Assembly (NCBI GenBank): GCA_036172245.1
Contig: JAYWIR010000036.1
Coordinates: forward strand, 868,001 to 932,000
DNA: 64,000 nucleotides
Source of the DNA: Raillietiella orientalis
Lineage: Eukaryota
Reading direction: 5' to 3'
Positions 1-13,271 of this stretch are shown piece after piece; positions within the stretch are counted from its first letter, which is position 1, and each line of letters opens with the position of its first letter. Both the position numbers and the translations under genes were made by a program. The notes below the pieces were generated by a model that saw only the letters and a program-made list of their open reading frames with translations, was not told the origin of the DNA and did not search any database.

Positions 1-581
1 ATTTTTCCCATCTCGGTACGTTCGACTGTGTAGCAGCTTCTCCTCTCCTTATACGGCAACGTAGGCAATAAAAGCTCTCTCCTCCTCCCCCTCCGGGCTT
101 TTCGAAAAACTGCTTGCACTGCATCTCTTAGTTTGTTTGCTCTTTTTTTTTTTTTATTATTATTATCTCTGCTATCCTTGGCGCGCTGACACCGTGTACA
201 GAGCGATTCACGAAAGCACAGGGGGGGGGGGAGGGGGGAAGGGGGAAGGAGAAAAAGAAAAATCACGCTCATTTTTTTTTTTTTTTTTTTTTCTTTTTCT
301 TCTACTTCCTCCCCCTCCCCCCCCCTCGTATACCACCGCATCGCCTGATAGGAGTGGTCCACTGCTAAGCAAATAAAAAAAGAAATCGAAACGACTGCCA
401 ATTCAATAATGCAATGATTCGTTGCCTGAGGTGTGCCTTTTGCTCACTTCAGTCGGATCGTTTGTGATGACCACACAGCCTGAGCTGCTGAAGCCAAGAC
501 GTTCGTAGAAACGGAGCCGAGGAGTCGAACTGGGAGCTGCCGGGATCGCGTCTAGCAGAGGTTTATCAAGAAGCTCCAAGG

Positions 582-3500
582 ATGCATGCCTCGCAAACAC
601 GGAGGAATGCTATCACCGAGGATCATCTGGGATTCCAGATAACACTAGTAAGTGGAGTCCGAAAGATGAGAGTAGCGTAATTTTGGCAGGAGGAGGGGAG
701 GGGGAAGAGAAGGAAAATTGAGTCTTAGGGGGTGTCGCGTTCCTTGCCCGAGAGAGAACAATGCCTCCTCCCCCCCCCCCGCCTCAACAATGCGCGCCAG
801 GGCGGTTGCCGAGAAGCGCGGAAAGCGCTTTCGTGTGCGCCTTTTCCGTTCTCGCTCGCTCGCTTCTCCTCCTCCTCCTCCTCCTCTCCCCCCCCCCGTT
901 CTTTTCTCCCCTCCTTCTTTCACCATGGAAACCAGCCGCGGTGGCTGGAAGAAGAAGCGAGGCAAAACCGTGCGGAGGAAAGGAAACGGACGGACAGAGG
1001 CGGCATGAGAACCGGCTAGCTGCTGCTGCGTTCCTCCCGGCGACGTGTCGGAAAATTTTGCGTTCACAGGAAGGGAACAAAAAACAAAATAGAAAAAAAA
1101 AGAGCGCAGGGAGGAGGAGGGGGGAGGGTGTAGTCTAACGAAGTGGACACCAAGAGTCCGGTCCGTAGTCCTTCCTTTTCCGCCAGCAGGAAAATTCGAA
1201 CCTTTCGGATTGATTTCTTTCTTTTTTTTCTTTTCTTTTTTTTTAGGGAGAGAAGGGGGAAAAGGGAAGGGTGGGCCAGCACCAGGGTCCGCGTCGTGGA
1301 GCGTATTCGTTTCTCCAAGGGAGGAATCGTGTGGCAGACGTCGAGCGGCGCATCAAGTGACCCGACCGGGATGGCGGATAGGAATTCGCCTTCGGGCTGG
1401 AAGACCGACTGAGGTCGGGCCGCCGACGGGGCGCGAGCTGCGGTACTTGAAGAACCCCCCTTCGTCCGAGCATCGTACCGCCATTACCGGCCGGGAACTC
1501 CTTCGTTTCTCGTGCACCACCGGGGACCGCCGTCTCCAGAGAGCAGGAAGTGCGACCGTCGCTGCCGGCACCTGCCGTTCCCGAGTTGGAAACTCCCAAG
1601 CGCGGCGCCGCCTTGGGGAAGAGAGGATGCGCAGTCTCATTATTGGAAGGACACCGTGCGCGTGCTCGATTCCCGCTTCGGACGAGGAGACGCACTGCTA
1701 GATGGCGAAGGCAGTCGCATCCTCCTAGGGCATCATCGAGTCCTCCTCCTCTGTGTCGCGTTCGAGAAGTGAGGTTTCCAGGGCAGTGAGGTGGTCGCCA
1801 CTGGCTGCGAACCAGGTGCAGGCAGGGGTGCCTTCGATCGGTTGCTGCATCCTTCTTTGACTGCTTCCCGCTTCAGCGGTCGCCCTTGGGAAAACTCAGC
1901 GCTTTCGTCTTCCCGGAGTTCCCTCCCCCCCCCCCCACATCTTTCTTTGTTCTGTACCAGGTACGCGGAGTTGACCCGGCTGGTTCTGCTGAAATCCGCG
2001 CCATCCGTAGGTGGTAGCTGGGCCTTCTTCCTCCCTTTCTCTTCCCTCCCCCATTTCTTTTGTGGGTCGAGGTCGCGGATGGTCTCGAGTGCCCTGCCCA
2101 TTCGTAAGTGTCAAAAAAAAAAAAAAAAAAAGGTTTTTCCGTTTAAAGAAAACATTCGTTGAGATGATCTCGCGAGAACGTGTCGTGGCTGCGAAAGCGA
2201 ATCCTCTAGCCCAGTCGTAAAGAGCCTTTTTCTGTCGCAACGAGCTGTCCGTCCATTCCAGAAGTGAGCAGCGGACCACAGTGCATTTGAGAAATGCGCT
2301 GCAAGCCAGGATTTAGAAATAGATTGCCATTTTCGAATGCCGATTTCTTAAGTTTCAAATTAATTTTAAATTTATAGGATTTTCTCTGCCTGTCCCACTC
2401 CCTCTTATAGCATAGGCACGAACGTCCTCTAATGTCCGCAGTCCGAGTAGTAAGCTGGTCATCTTAGGTACTCCAGGAGGTCGTGTGTTTGTTTCGGCGA
2501 GCCTGGCAGTCAGAAAGTTCGGTCTCGGTTTTTGAAAAGCATCAGAGCAGAACTCCGTTGACTTCCAGTTCTCCATGTCCGCTCCAGCTCTCTTGGTCGG
2601 AGCGGCGATGGCGTGGTGCATGTCCTTGCCGTTATTGACTCCTCCTTCAAGGGCTCCAACTGGTGCCGTTGCCTAAGAGTTTGGAGCCCTTCTTTTCTCC
2701 CACACGAAAAAGAAGACAGCATGGGTATTCGGGAACCGTTTACGCCTTGGTTCCCCTTTCTTCGCCCTATCGTCCGTGTCGCTCGTTGACGTGAATTTCT
2801 CGTGGCTCCATCTATGAGATGTTCGCAGTGAGCCTCCGCGGGACCAGTTTGCGTTGCCTGTTGTCTTTTGATCAGGGACGGAAGGGAGAGCGAAGTTCCG
2901 GCTTTCGCACGTGTGATTTCAAGACCGAGATAAGCTTCACCCTCCCCTCCCTCGCCGATAGTTGGTCGCCTAAGATGGTCTCCCGTCCTGAAGGGGGGAA
3001 GGGGCACCAGAAGCGCCATCTCGCCGAGACACCTGAACTGCGAAATACCTGCCGAACACCAGCAAGAGGAGAGTAAGAAGGAAGGAGGGGTGTTCTTGTC
3101 CTCAGCGCACACGGTGCAGAGGCACACCAGAGTAGGCGCGCTCCTTTGAACACCGAGAGGCATTCTCCTGATCGCTCGAGAAGGAATCACGGATTCTCTT
3201 TATCTGCATTCCAGGTTCTGTCGCATGTTTGCATAGTCCTAACCCTCGAGAGCGACCTTCGGAATATGTCGATGTTGATGATGGTGGTAACAGTGAGGTT
3301 CGCTTGAACCTCTTTGCCGCTGGAGACGAGGCTCGATTAGGCCTCGAACACCGGGACAGCGCTTCCCCGGTGTGCGTGGACGCTGAAGCGAAAGGGTCGC
3401 TGGATAGGAGGGGGAAAAAGAAAAAAGAAACTAACCTTTTTCCCCTGTCCGACAACGCCTTTGCCCTTCTGGCTTATCTTTTTCACATGCTTACCACCTT

Positions 3501-6500
3501 TGGGTTCCGAAAGCCAACTCAGGCGGTACCTTCTTCCAGGGTTCTGTGAAAGAAAAGGAATTCCGTGATTTTTCCGTTTCAAGGAACATTTCACGTAGGG
3601 CCAGCAGCAGCATCGTCTCACTTCCTGCTGCTGTGGCCGCTTTCCATGTCACTGGCGGATGTGATTTGCTTCTGGTCCATAATGATCACTTATGCCGCTT
3701 TGAGAATCCGAAAGTCCACTATCAGATTGGGTGGCTGAACTTTTATTCTACATGCGTGCGTTTGTTTTTTCTTCCTTTTGCTTGCCTGCTGTTTTTTTTT
3801 TTTTCGCGGTCTCAGACTCTTGGAGTGAGGAAATGAGGAAACGACGTTGCCTTCTTTGTTTGTTTGTTTTTTTTGTTTTTGTTTTACAAAGTAAGCGTGC
3901 CGAAGAAAAGCTCTTTGCCTGTCTTCGGAGAAGAAAACCGACGAAGTGCGATCGAAGGTTGTCTCGTGCTGTGCAGCCATCCTGCAGAAGGCAGTGACAA
4001 AAAGTAATGGGGATACAAAAAATCCTCCCTCTTTTTTCGTTCGTGCTCAGCTTGCACGTGGAATTTGGGGAACGCAGCCCTTGGGCCGGGCTTACCGCCT
4101 CAACCTGCAAGCATGCAAAACACAGAAACCCGGACCAACAAAACCCTGCAAAGTACAAGCAATCAAGCCGCCCTGCCGCAGCCTTTATTTTTTTTTTTTA
4201 TTCCGCGATTTTCTCACTTGTTTCTCGTGCCTTCCTTTCCTGGGTGTCCCTGCTACCACCACCACCACCACCACCACCACCACCACCACCTGGAGAAGGT
4301 CGGTGCGCCCACGGTACCGCGACAGCGCAGCAACAGTCCTCACCACACTATGCTCACGCCGCTGCTTCACTTCACCTGGCGGTACTCGAGAATCAAACAT
4401 GGCGGCCGGAGCAGGCGCAGTGGACTCTTCCCTCATTGTTGGCTCGAGACGGCTCCGTCGCCCCGACTTCCGATCTGCTCACGTGGGCGCTCCGCAGCGC
4501 GTTTGGCCAGGACCAGGCAGGTTCGCATCCCTTTGATCTGGAAAGCACGAGTAGCGTTATCGCACCGGTCCTCAGATCCATCAAAAGATGCTGTGCTAGC
4601 CGTTGTTATCATGCATCGCGTATTAGTGGCAACGCTAGTGATGCATATTCGATAGGTTTGATTGTGACCTTCGACAAACGTCCAACACTTGACATGTTGA
4701 CTGGTACAAAGAACGCAACGGAAGCAACGCAAGCGTCTCCTTCCTGCTGTGGAGATTTTCATCAGGATTCATTTTTTTTTTTTTTGAATAAGGAGACCAG
4801 GTTGTCTTCTCCCTCTTTTTAATTCAAGGAGAAAAGGAAGATTCACAAGGAGTTCACAAATGAAATGGTCCAGCTCCACACGTTCAACAAGGCAGTTTGT
4901 CTGCTTTTTTCTTTGTAAGAAAATCGCATCTCCCCATACACCAAATGCCACCGGGCCACTCCAAATTCATGCTCAAATCATCTCATGTCTTCTTTCTCCG
5001 ATCACGACTCTACTCTACGTGACGGTTTACTTCCTTTTGGAGTTGATGAAACCAGTCATCTCTTTACGCGTTAGTGTTGCTGTCCTCACCACTGACCACA
5101 CACGGTGCAAAATTTTCTAAAAATTCGTCTTCGGTGATTTTTAATTAACGTCACTTTATTATGAAGCCCCAGTCGTTTCATATAATGGATTTCGCTTCCT
5201 TGCGAATCTTCCCTAAGTAATTTTCGTTTTTATCTTATTAGTTTAGTTCTGAGGTACATTACCCGTAGCTTTATTTGAATTCTTCGGCTTAATTGATGGC
5301 ATTTTATCCGATGCATCGCGATCCAAGGTCTCCTCGTAGGTCTCTTGCTGTGTGCATTCTCAATTAATTCCCAATTTTTTTCGGGTGTTAGAACATGGCA
5401 GCACTGATTCTATTGTTATCGTGGCTGTGATGCGCATGTGCTCTTGCACCTGCCATAGCGCCCCATGGAGTCTGTCCTGCCGGGAACGATTTTCCCGTGC
5501 ACCGGATTCCCCCTCCCGTCTTGGAGGCTGCTTCGTGAACGTTCTCTTGGAAAATCCCACGGGAGCACACAGATTTCGCATTGTTTCACGTCGAGGTCTG
5601 TTTATCCCCTGAGGGCTTATCATTGCATTTCCTTCTCCTACCTCCACATGTCAATTTTCGTGTCATAAGAACTGAATGCTGGTCCCCGAAGGGGTTCTCC
5701 AACAAACCAGTTTCCACAAGAACCTTCTTATAGTGTACCTTCCATCACTAGGAAGGAAAGAAAAACCTCCACGTGCTTAGAAAATAAAGAGACGACGTCG
5801 CTCCCAGTTGAATTACCTCCCCAAGTCTAAAGCATCCTGTAGTTTCAAACACTACTACGGTTCCAGGAACCACGTTCCCTAAACCCTCGCCTTCCTCCCC
5901 ACCCCTTCCCTTTTCTGCTTCCTTACCGGGACAGCACGTGACCGTTCTCTTCACAAGGGCAGGTGTTCTGCGCCCATTTTGAGCGGCAAAGAATGAGCTA
6001 AAGTGCGAGAAGATCTGGCTTTGGTCTGGTCAGTCTTCAGTGGAAGTCCTCTTCGTCTTGCATGCAAGCCCCATGCAGCGAGCGGAAAGGGAGACCGGAA
6101 TCCACCAAACGGTTTGAAATTTTTTCATCCAGCCATTCGGAAGCGAAGTGATCCTCCTTTTCCTTCCCACAGGACGCTCGTGATCTTCGATCTGTTCCCA
6201 CCCAGTAGTAGGTTTGGGGCTGCGGACGCTGGGCGTGCAGGTGTCCAACACTAGGAACTTAGGAACCACTGTCCAACACTTCTCTGCCTTGAGTAGTGGA
6301 CTCATTGACTCCTGGCAGAATATATCTTACACATATTACACAACAAATGCAATATGCATGAAGATGCATGATGGACTATTACGCATTATATTTACGTATC
6401 TCTGTACATGACAGGGTATATATCTCTGTCTGCCCGCCTGCAGCAAAGAGCAGAACACCATATAACTTGGCCACCCGGCCCCACGGGTCATAGGTGGATA

Positions 6501-9500
6501 ATATCTCTGCGTAGCCGTTGAAAAACGTGTCCTCTCGCGCTCGTTTACCCACGAAGATTCGGGTGGAAAAGCACGCAACCTATTTGAATCACGTGTTCGT
6601 GTCGGTTTCGAAAACAGCCGAGCGCGTGCGGCGCCGCAAAACTGAAATTTTTCCTCAGCGTCGGCGCGCAGCTGATTGGCCGAGAGGCACCGGGACTGCC
6701 GCCGCCATGCTTTTTTTTTTTTTCTTTTAGCCGTCTCGTTTATACGGGGATTCTGCGCGTGATGGAATATTGCGCGCAAATTATGGCATCGTTTTGCATT
6801 ATGTGCAAGCACATATCGTACCGCGTTGCGTGCGTGCGCGGGAACAAATGTGCACGCCGCAACGCATCTTCCCCGCCTCTTTTCTGCGGCGGGCGCGCGA
6901 AGGCCCACGCTTAAGGTCGTCGGTCGGCCACCTCGCCGCCGCCGCCGCCAGGTCGCTCCGGTCGACACGCGCGCACCCAGCAGTTTCTGGCGTGCAAGAG
7001 TGCGTGCGTCCGGGTGTCGTCACGGGTTACGGGAAGGAAGCGAAGCTTCCCTCCCGTAACCCGTGGCGGTCGCCGGCCCCACCTACTTTCCCCGGTTGCG
7101 CTCGCGTCTGCTCCTCCACCGCGGACCTTCCTGTCGCGAGGCGCCCTCAGGCCATCTTCTCCACATTCCCAAGGTTGTGCGGGCCGAGGTCCAGACGGCA
7201 GGAAGAGGATTCCAGAATCTTTTATTTCGTTGCCTTCCCTGGTCCTTCGTGCCGCCGAAAGCAGCGAGGGGGGAATCTCCCTCCATCGAGGCCCCCCGGC
7301 GGCTCATTTCGGAACACGCCGTCGTTGCCAGTGCCATCTACCGGCGCTGCCAAGAACCTCTTCCCGCTGCCCTGCGCCTGCTCTCTCCCCGGTCGGAGCG
7401 AGTCGTCAGGTGCCCAGGCCGGGCACCCGGGGGAGGGAGGCTAGCACCCTCGCATCCTCTTGTTCCTCTTATTTGGGGGTGGAGGACCGAATGCTCCGAG
7501 GTTCTCTCTCCCGGGAACGCTTGTTTCTCCCTTTCGGTCGCGACCGGATTTCGGGAAGAGGAGGGGAAGAGACCCCCGTCGCCTCCCACGCCCCTGTGCA
7601 CTCCTGCCCGAATCCCGAGTTTCTCGACACGCTCGACCCGCGGGCGGGCGTTTCAACTCCTTCGCGAGGTTCCGCGGAGAGGCGCTGCCCGGCGAGCATG
7701 GGTGGCACCACTCGCCTCGCGCGAGCCTCTGATCTCCTCCATCCTTCTCTCCTGCCCCGCTCTCTCCCCGTCACTCCTCAAGAAGCTCGGGTCGTCCTCG
7801 GAACTCCTGCCTACCAGCCGCCGGACATGAAGCGGAAGCGCGTGCTCCGCTGCCGCTTCTGGCGGGCTACATACAGGAGAGGGCAGGGGGCAAGGCGCGC
7901 GTGCAGCCCATCCTGATGGCCGCACAGCTAAAGACGCGGTCGTGGGCAGAGAGCCTTCCGTGTCGCTCGCTCGTCTCCCGGCAAGGCCTCCCGCTGCGAA
8001 CAGGAAGAAGAGAGATGATGGCGCCAAAGTACGTCGTGAAGTCCGCCGTCGCTGCTGCTGGCACTGTGAGTCCGCGTAGGGGGGAATCCTACCCTACGGG
8101 GGATGGGACTCCGGGGCACCCGCAGGGCAACTCCCCGCACGTCGTTTGTAGTCTTCGTCAGGGGCGGCTCGCTCGGTAGTGCGCTCTGTGCGGCGCTCCC
8201 TCCCTGTCTGGAGCGGTCGCCGTGAGGCTGCACCACCGCCACGGGCGTGCGCACCGGGGGAGAATATGGTGCTCGGTGCGCGCCAAGAGGCGCCTCCACA
8301 CGCACACCTCTCCTCTCACCCCCATCCTCGGCATACCGGAGACATCGCCCCAAGGTGTTCCCGGCTGGGTGTCCTCCGTCCCCCCGCCGGCGAAGGAGGA
8401 GCGCCGGCCGGCGGGAGGCGCTCCATTCCCTCGGACACAGCGGTGGCCATCTCACTGCACCACCGAGAGCCGCTTTTCCCCCTTCCCTTCCTCACCTTTT
8501 CGGCTTGCCTCTCTCTTGGCTTGTCCTCCTCCGGCGGTGCAGCTGGAATGCGCTGCTTCCGCCACGTCCCTCGGTGTGACCGCGAGGCGCCGTAGGCAAC
8601 GTCCTCCCCCTCGCTGCTGGCGTGTCCTGACTCACTCAGCTTGGTCGCCTCCCTTCCTCCTTCCTCCTGCTCCTGGGTGGCGCATCTCACCCGTAGGCAT
8701 GTCCTTGCAGATGTATGGGCGCTACACGAAGGATTTGGGCGCCTACGCGAAGGAGGAGGCTCAGCGGATCCGGGTCCTGGAGAAGCAGAGGAAGTACCTG
8801 GAGAAGCAGCGCACCAAGGAGCTGAGGAAGTACCGCGGGCGCTTCGCCACGAAGTGCTTCAACCTGCTGCACTTCGTGTGGGCGCGCACGATCGGCAGGC
8901 TCGGGGACAGCTGGGTCTTCTTGGCCACCCTCGGCGTCATCATGGCCTTCCTCAGCTTCGTCGTCGACTGCGGCATCTCCATGTGCAACCAAGGTGAGGG
9001 CAACGGGCCAGCGACGGGAGGAGACCGGAAGCGACCGGGCGGACCCTTCCGTCCGTGTCGTCCCTTACCCCCTCGGCCGCCTCCCGCTTTGCCCAGCATC
9101 TGGCGGTCGTCCCCGGGGGCAGCTGCGCGTGCAAGGAGATCCCTTCCCCGCCTCCTTCCAGCCCGCATCTGGCTGTACCGGGACCTCGCCACGCATCCTC
9201 TGCTGCAGTATCTGGCCTGGATCTGCTTCCCCATCTTCCTGGTCCTCTTCGCCGCCGGCTTCTCCCACATCGTGGCGCCTCAATCCATCGGTGAGGGGAC
9301 GTGGTGCGGGAAAGGGAGGCAGCGACGATCTCCGCTCTCCCTTCCCAGGGTCAGGGATCCCCGAGATGAAGACTGTGATCCGAGGAGTCGTCCTGAAGGA
9401 GTACCTGACCTTCCGCACGCTGGTCGCCAAGATCGTGGGACTCACGGCATCGCTGGGTAGCGGCATGCCCCTCGGGAAAGAGGTGACTGGGATCGACCCC

Positions 9501-12500
9501 CAAAACCCTCCCGGATCGGAGGGCGAGGCCCGCGCACGCGCCTTCTCCTTTCCATCTTCCCTCCCCCCAGGGTCCCTTCGTGCACATCAGCAGCCTGGTC
9601 GCCAGCTCTCTCAGCAAGGTCTTCTCGTCCTTCAAGGACATGTCCGACAGCAAGAGCTACGGCCTGGACATGCTGGCGGCCGCCTGCGCTGTGGGGGTGG
9701 GCTCCTGCTTCGCGGCTCCCATCGGAGGTAGGTTCCCCCACTTCCTCCTCCCCTACCTTTCCCGCAGCCTCCGCTCCCCTCCCCGCGAAATCGCGGGGAA
9801 GAGCCGAGCGGGAAGGGAGCTCCTCCCTCTCCCTTCTGATCCCCCTCTCCTCTCCCAGGTGTGCTCTTCAGCATCGAGGTCACGGCCGTCTACTTCGCTG
9901 TCCGCAACTACTGGCAGGGCTTTTTCGCTTCCGTGTGCGGCGCCACCGTCTTCCGCCTGCTGTCCGTGTGGTTCCAGTCTGAAGGTAGGTCCGAAAGCGG
10001 CTCCCGAAAGGGAGAGGAAAGGGAGAAGGGTAGCTCGTGCGTTGGACCTCCTCCCCCGTTTCCTTCCCCAGAGACGGTCACTGCGGTGTACAGGACCCAC
10101 TTTCGGAGGGAGTTTCCCTACGACCCTCAAGAGCTGTGTGTGTTCGCCATCATGGGGTGAGTGCGGGCGGAGAGGGAAGGGAGGGGAACAAAGGGCTCTC
10201 CGCACCCTCGCGCTCCCCCACCCGCAGGGTCATTTCCGGCCTCGGAGGCGCGCTCTTCGTGCTGGCCCACAGGAAGTACGTCCTCTTCATGCGCCGCAAC
10301 AAGAAGATGAACTCTTTCCTGCAGAAGAAGTGAGTGCGCACAGGGTAGGGTAGGGGAAGTGGGCGAGGGGTGGAGGTCCCTCACCTGCCTCCCCCTCTTC
10401 CTTTTTCGGGGATGCAGGAGGCCTCCTCGGAGTCTTCACCGTCCGGCAGGGGACCGCGCGCGCGACCCATGCCGGAAACGCCGAGGAAGTGCCTCTTGCG
10501 TCCCAGGCAGAGAGGACGGGGGAGGTGGGGCGGGGTTCCCGACACGAGAGCTCCCATGTCTCTCTCCCCAAGCCGCTTCATCTACCCCGGGTTGGTGGCG
10601 TTCACGGTGTCCTCGCTGACCTTCCCGCTGGGTCTCGGCCAGTTCCTGGCCGCCGACGTGACCTTCCACGAGCAGGTCTACCACCTCTTCTCCAACTTCA
10701 CTTGGGCCAAGAGCGAGCACACCGTCGATGAGCTGGAGGTCATCTCCCACTGGGCCACTCCCTACAGCAACATATACCTCAGCTTGGGGCTGTACGCCAT
10801 CGTCTCGGTAACCGGGCGAAGCCGCCCCTTCCCCTGCCCTCTTGCACGCCTCGGCAACTCCCCGGCAGCTCCTGCTGACGATCGTGGCGGTCACACTGCC
10901 CGTGCCCTGCGGCCTGTTCATCCCTGTGTTCCGCATCGGCGCCGCCCTGGGGCGGCTCATCGGAGAGTGCATGGCCACGTGGTTCCCCAACGGGAGCTAC
11001 TACGGGGGAGCCAACCACCTCATCGTCCCAGGTAGCCACCGCCCGCCGCCACCACCCTTCCCTCCTCCTGCACCGCTCCCTCCCCGACCCCAGGCGGCTA
11101 CGCCATCGCCGGGGCAGCTGCATTCTCCGGCGCCGTGACGCACAGCATCTCCGTGGCGGTCATCGTCTTCGAAATGACCGGGCAGATCGTCCACGCCGTG
11201 CCCGTCATGGTAACGCGCACAGAAGAGGGAGAAAGGGAAGAGGGGGGAAGGGGGCGGGAAGGAGGGGAGGGACGGATAGAGAGGGAGAGGTGGAGCCGTC
11301 GTCGCCGCTGCTGACCACCGCGCGTCCTCCAGATAGCCGTGCTGCTGGCCAACGCGGTGGCGCAGTACCTGCAGCCATCCATATACGACAGCATCATCCA
11401 GATCAAGCGCCTCCCATATCTCCCAGAGCTCCTCTCCAACAAGCCGGCCCTGTACACCACGCGTGTCGAAGATATCATGGTAAGAGAGGTGTTCTTTGTG
11501 TGGAACGGGATGTCCTTTCGCCTGTTGCGATCGCTCCTCCGCGAGAACCGCAAGCTGAGGAGCTTCCCGCTGGTCGACAGCAAAGGTGAGGGCGCGGGAT
11601 CCTCACCACCGGAAGGGGCGCAAGGGGGCGACGGCACCCGCAGACTCCATGATCCTGCTGGGGTCCATACAGAGGTGCGAGCTCGTCTCTCTGCTTGAGC
11701 GCCACATCGGCAAGGAGAAGAGGATGCACGTGGCCGAGAAGTGGCAGAGGGCGGTCGGCGGCGGCTGCGGTGGCGCCATCTCCTCCAGCGAGCCCCCCAG
11801 CGCCATGCCCGCCCGCAAGTTCCCACGCCCCCGAGGGAGCGGCGGCGACGACGACGACCACGGCGGGCGCAGGAGGACGCGCGAGGCGCGGTCGGCCAGC
11901 ACCTCGCGCTCCGCCAGCCCGGAGGGACGCGCGGCGCAGCAAGGAGAACCTCCGCCGCCCGCCGCGGCCAACAGGCACTCCCGCTTCCACGTCGTCAGCG
12001 TCCCTTCCTCCTCGCCGCCGAGGAAGGAGAGCAAGGAGACGCCGCTGGTAGGTGACGGTTCGCCTTCCCCGCCTTCCTGCACCGCCGACGGCAATCGCGC
12101 GCCTCCCGGCAGTTCTACATCCGCAGAAACAGCAGCGTCGACGACATCTGGAACGCCGCCCGCTCTTCCGGGTGGGGCGCCTACTCCTCGTTCCACTCGT
12201 CGCGGGGCAGGCCGCCCATCAAGTCCATCCTGAAGAAGACGAGCAGCTTCGTGCTGTCCACCGAGGACCAGGAAGAATCGGCCAAGAGCAACGCGACCAC
12301 CCCCAGGGGCACCTCCCCGAGCACCCCGCGCGAGTCGCGCCTCGGCCAGTTCGTGGACACCCTCATGCGCAAGGCCAGTTCCCTCCGCGAGCTGGTCGGC
12401 AGCGAGAACTACAAGAAGGTGACGCTGGTGAGCGAACGGGGGGAAGGGAAGGAGGGTGGTCGGAAGAAGGGCGGGAATGTGTGGTCGATCAAAGGGGGAG

Positions 12501-13271
12501 AGAGGAGGCAGGGTAGTCAAAGGAAGGGTTGTCTAAGGAAGGGAAGAAGAGGAGGGAAGGATGGTCGATCAAAGGGGGAGATGTGAAGGAGGGTAGTCAA
12601 AGGAAGGCGAGGAACGTAGGAGGGGTGGTCAATCGAAGGGGGGAGAGGGGAGGGAGGGTGATCGAAGGAAGAGGAGGAGGGTAGGAAAGGCGGTCTTAGA
12701 AAGGGGAGGAAGGTAAGCAGGGTAATCTAAGGAAAGGTAGGATGGGAGGAGAAGATGGTCTAAGGAAGGGAGAATGGGAGGGAGGGTGGGCGACTGCCGC
12801 ATCACGTAGCCCGGCGCTTCTTCCCCCAGCCCCGAGAGCGGATCATCGACATGTCTCCGGAAGACCAGCGCCTCTGGGAGGAGGAGGAACTACAGAAGTT
12901 GGTCGACTTCGGCTCCTGCCACATTGACCCTGCGCCCTTCCAGCTGGTCGAGCGTACCTCGCTGCTCAAAGTGCACTCTCTGTTCTCCCTGCTTGGATTG
13001 CAGCACGCCTACGTCACAGCCATTGGAAAGTTAGTCGGAGTGGTGTCTCTGAAAGAGGTCAGTCCCCCCTACCCTCGTCCCTGCCACACAACCCAGCTGC
13101 GAACCTCAGCTGCGGCTGGCCATCGAGAAGGCGAATACGATCACTATCCCCTTGGCGTCGCTGAAGAGATCCCCTCTCAACGTGGATCCGGAGAGCGCCA
13201 ACCTGGCCAACGTCGACAGCGACTCGTCCATTCCTCTCCACGGGGACTTCCTCAGTGAGCTTTCCAAGTGA
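582..13271 (+). CDS. CLCN2: Voltage-gated chloride channel ClC-2/ClC-a-like, ~985 aa. 16 coding exons: 582-647, 8711-8993, 9162-9290, 9349-9482, 9571-9727, 9859-9984, 10072-10156, 10228-10329, 10573-10807, 10869-11031, 11094-11209, 11333-11585, 11644-12047, 12113-12427, 12830-13057, 13110-13271
   Basis: Spliced translation gives [24 protein letters not shown] (ClC-2 N-terminus), [19 protein letters not shown] (Val at the proton-glutamate position, i.e. channel type), [24 protein letters not shown]1, [10 protein letters not shown] and CBS2 [25 protein letters not shown]. All introns are GT-AG and the exons sum to 2958 nt. Exon 1 assignment is less certain than the body. Confidence 0.95.
4255..4290. 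repeat. (ACC)n microsatellite
   Basis: About 12 perfect ACC units read directly from the sequence. Confidence 0.9.
8015..8065 (+). CDS. Candidate alternative first coding exon of the ClC gene ([17 protein letters not shown])
   Basis: ATG at 8015, 17 codons, then a consensus GTGAGT donor at 8066 in phase 0, compatible with the exon starting at 8711. Lies in a CpG-rich block. Confidence 0.4.
12440..12790. repeat. Degenerate purine-rich minisatellite inside ClC intron 14
   Basis: Recurring GGTCGATCAAAGGGGGAGA...AGGGTAGTCAAAGGAAGG units near 12483 and 12563, with a partial copy near 12627. Strongly A/G-biased on the + strand. Confidence 0.7.

Noticed and set aside
403..600. Minus-strand ORF containing LRFYERLGF, like a GNAT acetyltransferase motif
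   Set aside because: No other GNAT motifs, in-frame stops just upstream, and it is antisense to the better-supported ClC exon 1.
645..8600. Many long overlapping ORFs in GC-rich ClC intron 1 (e.g. 7014-7916 and the poly-Pro/His/Thr ORFs around 4007-4822)
   Set aside because: Low complexity, driven by GC content, homopolymers and an ACC microsatellite; no domain signature.
8222..8710. Long N-terminal extension of ClC suggested by the 412-aa ORF
   Set aside because: A strong acceptor (ccttgcag) lies directly before MYGRYT and a homologous upstream exon exists; the extension is intronic read-through.
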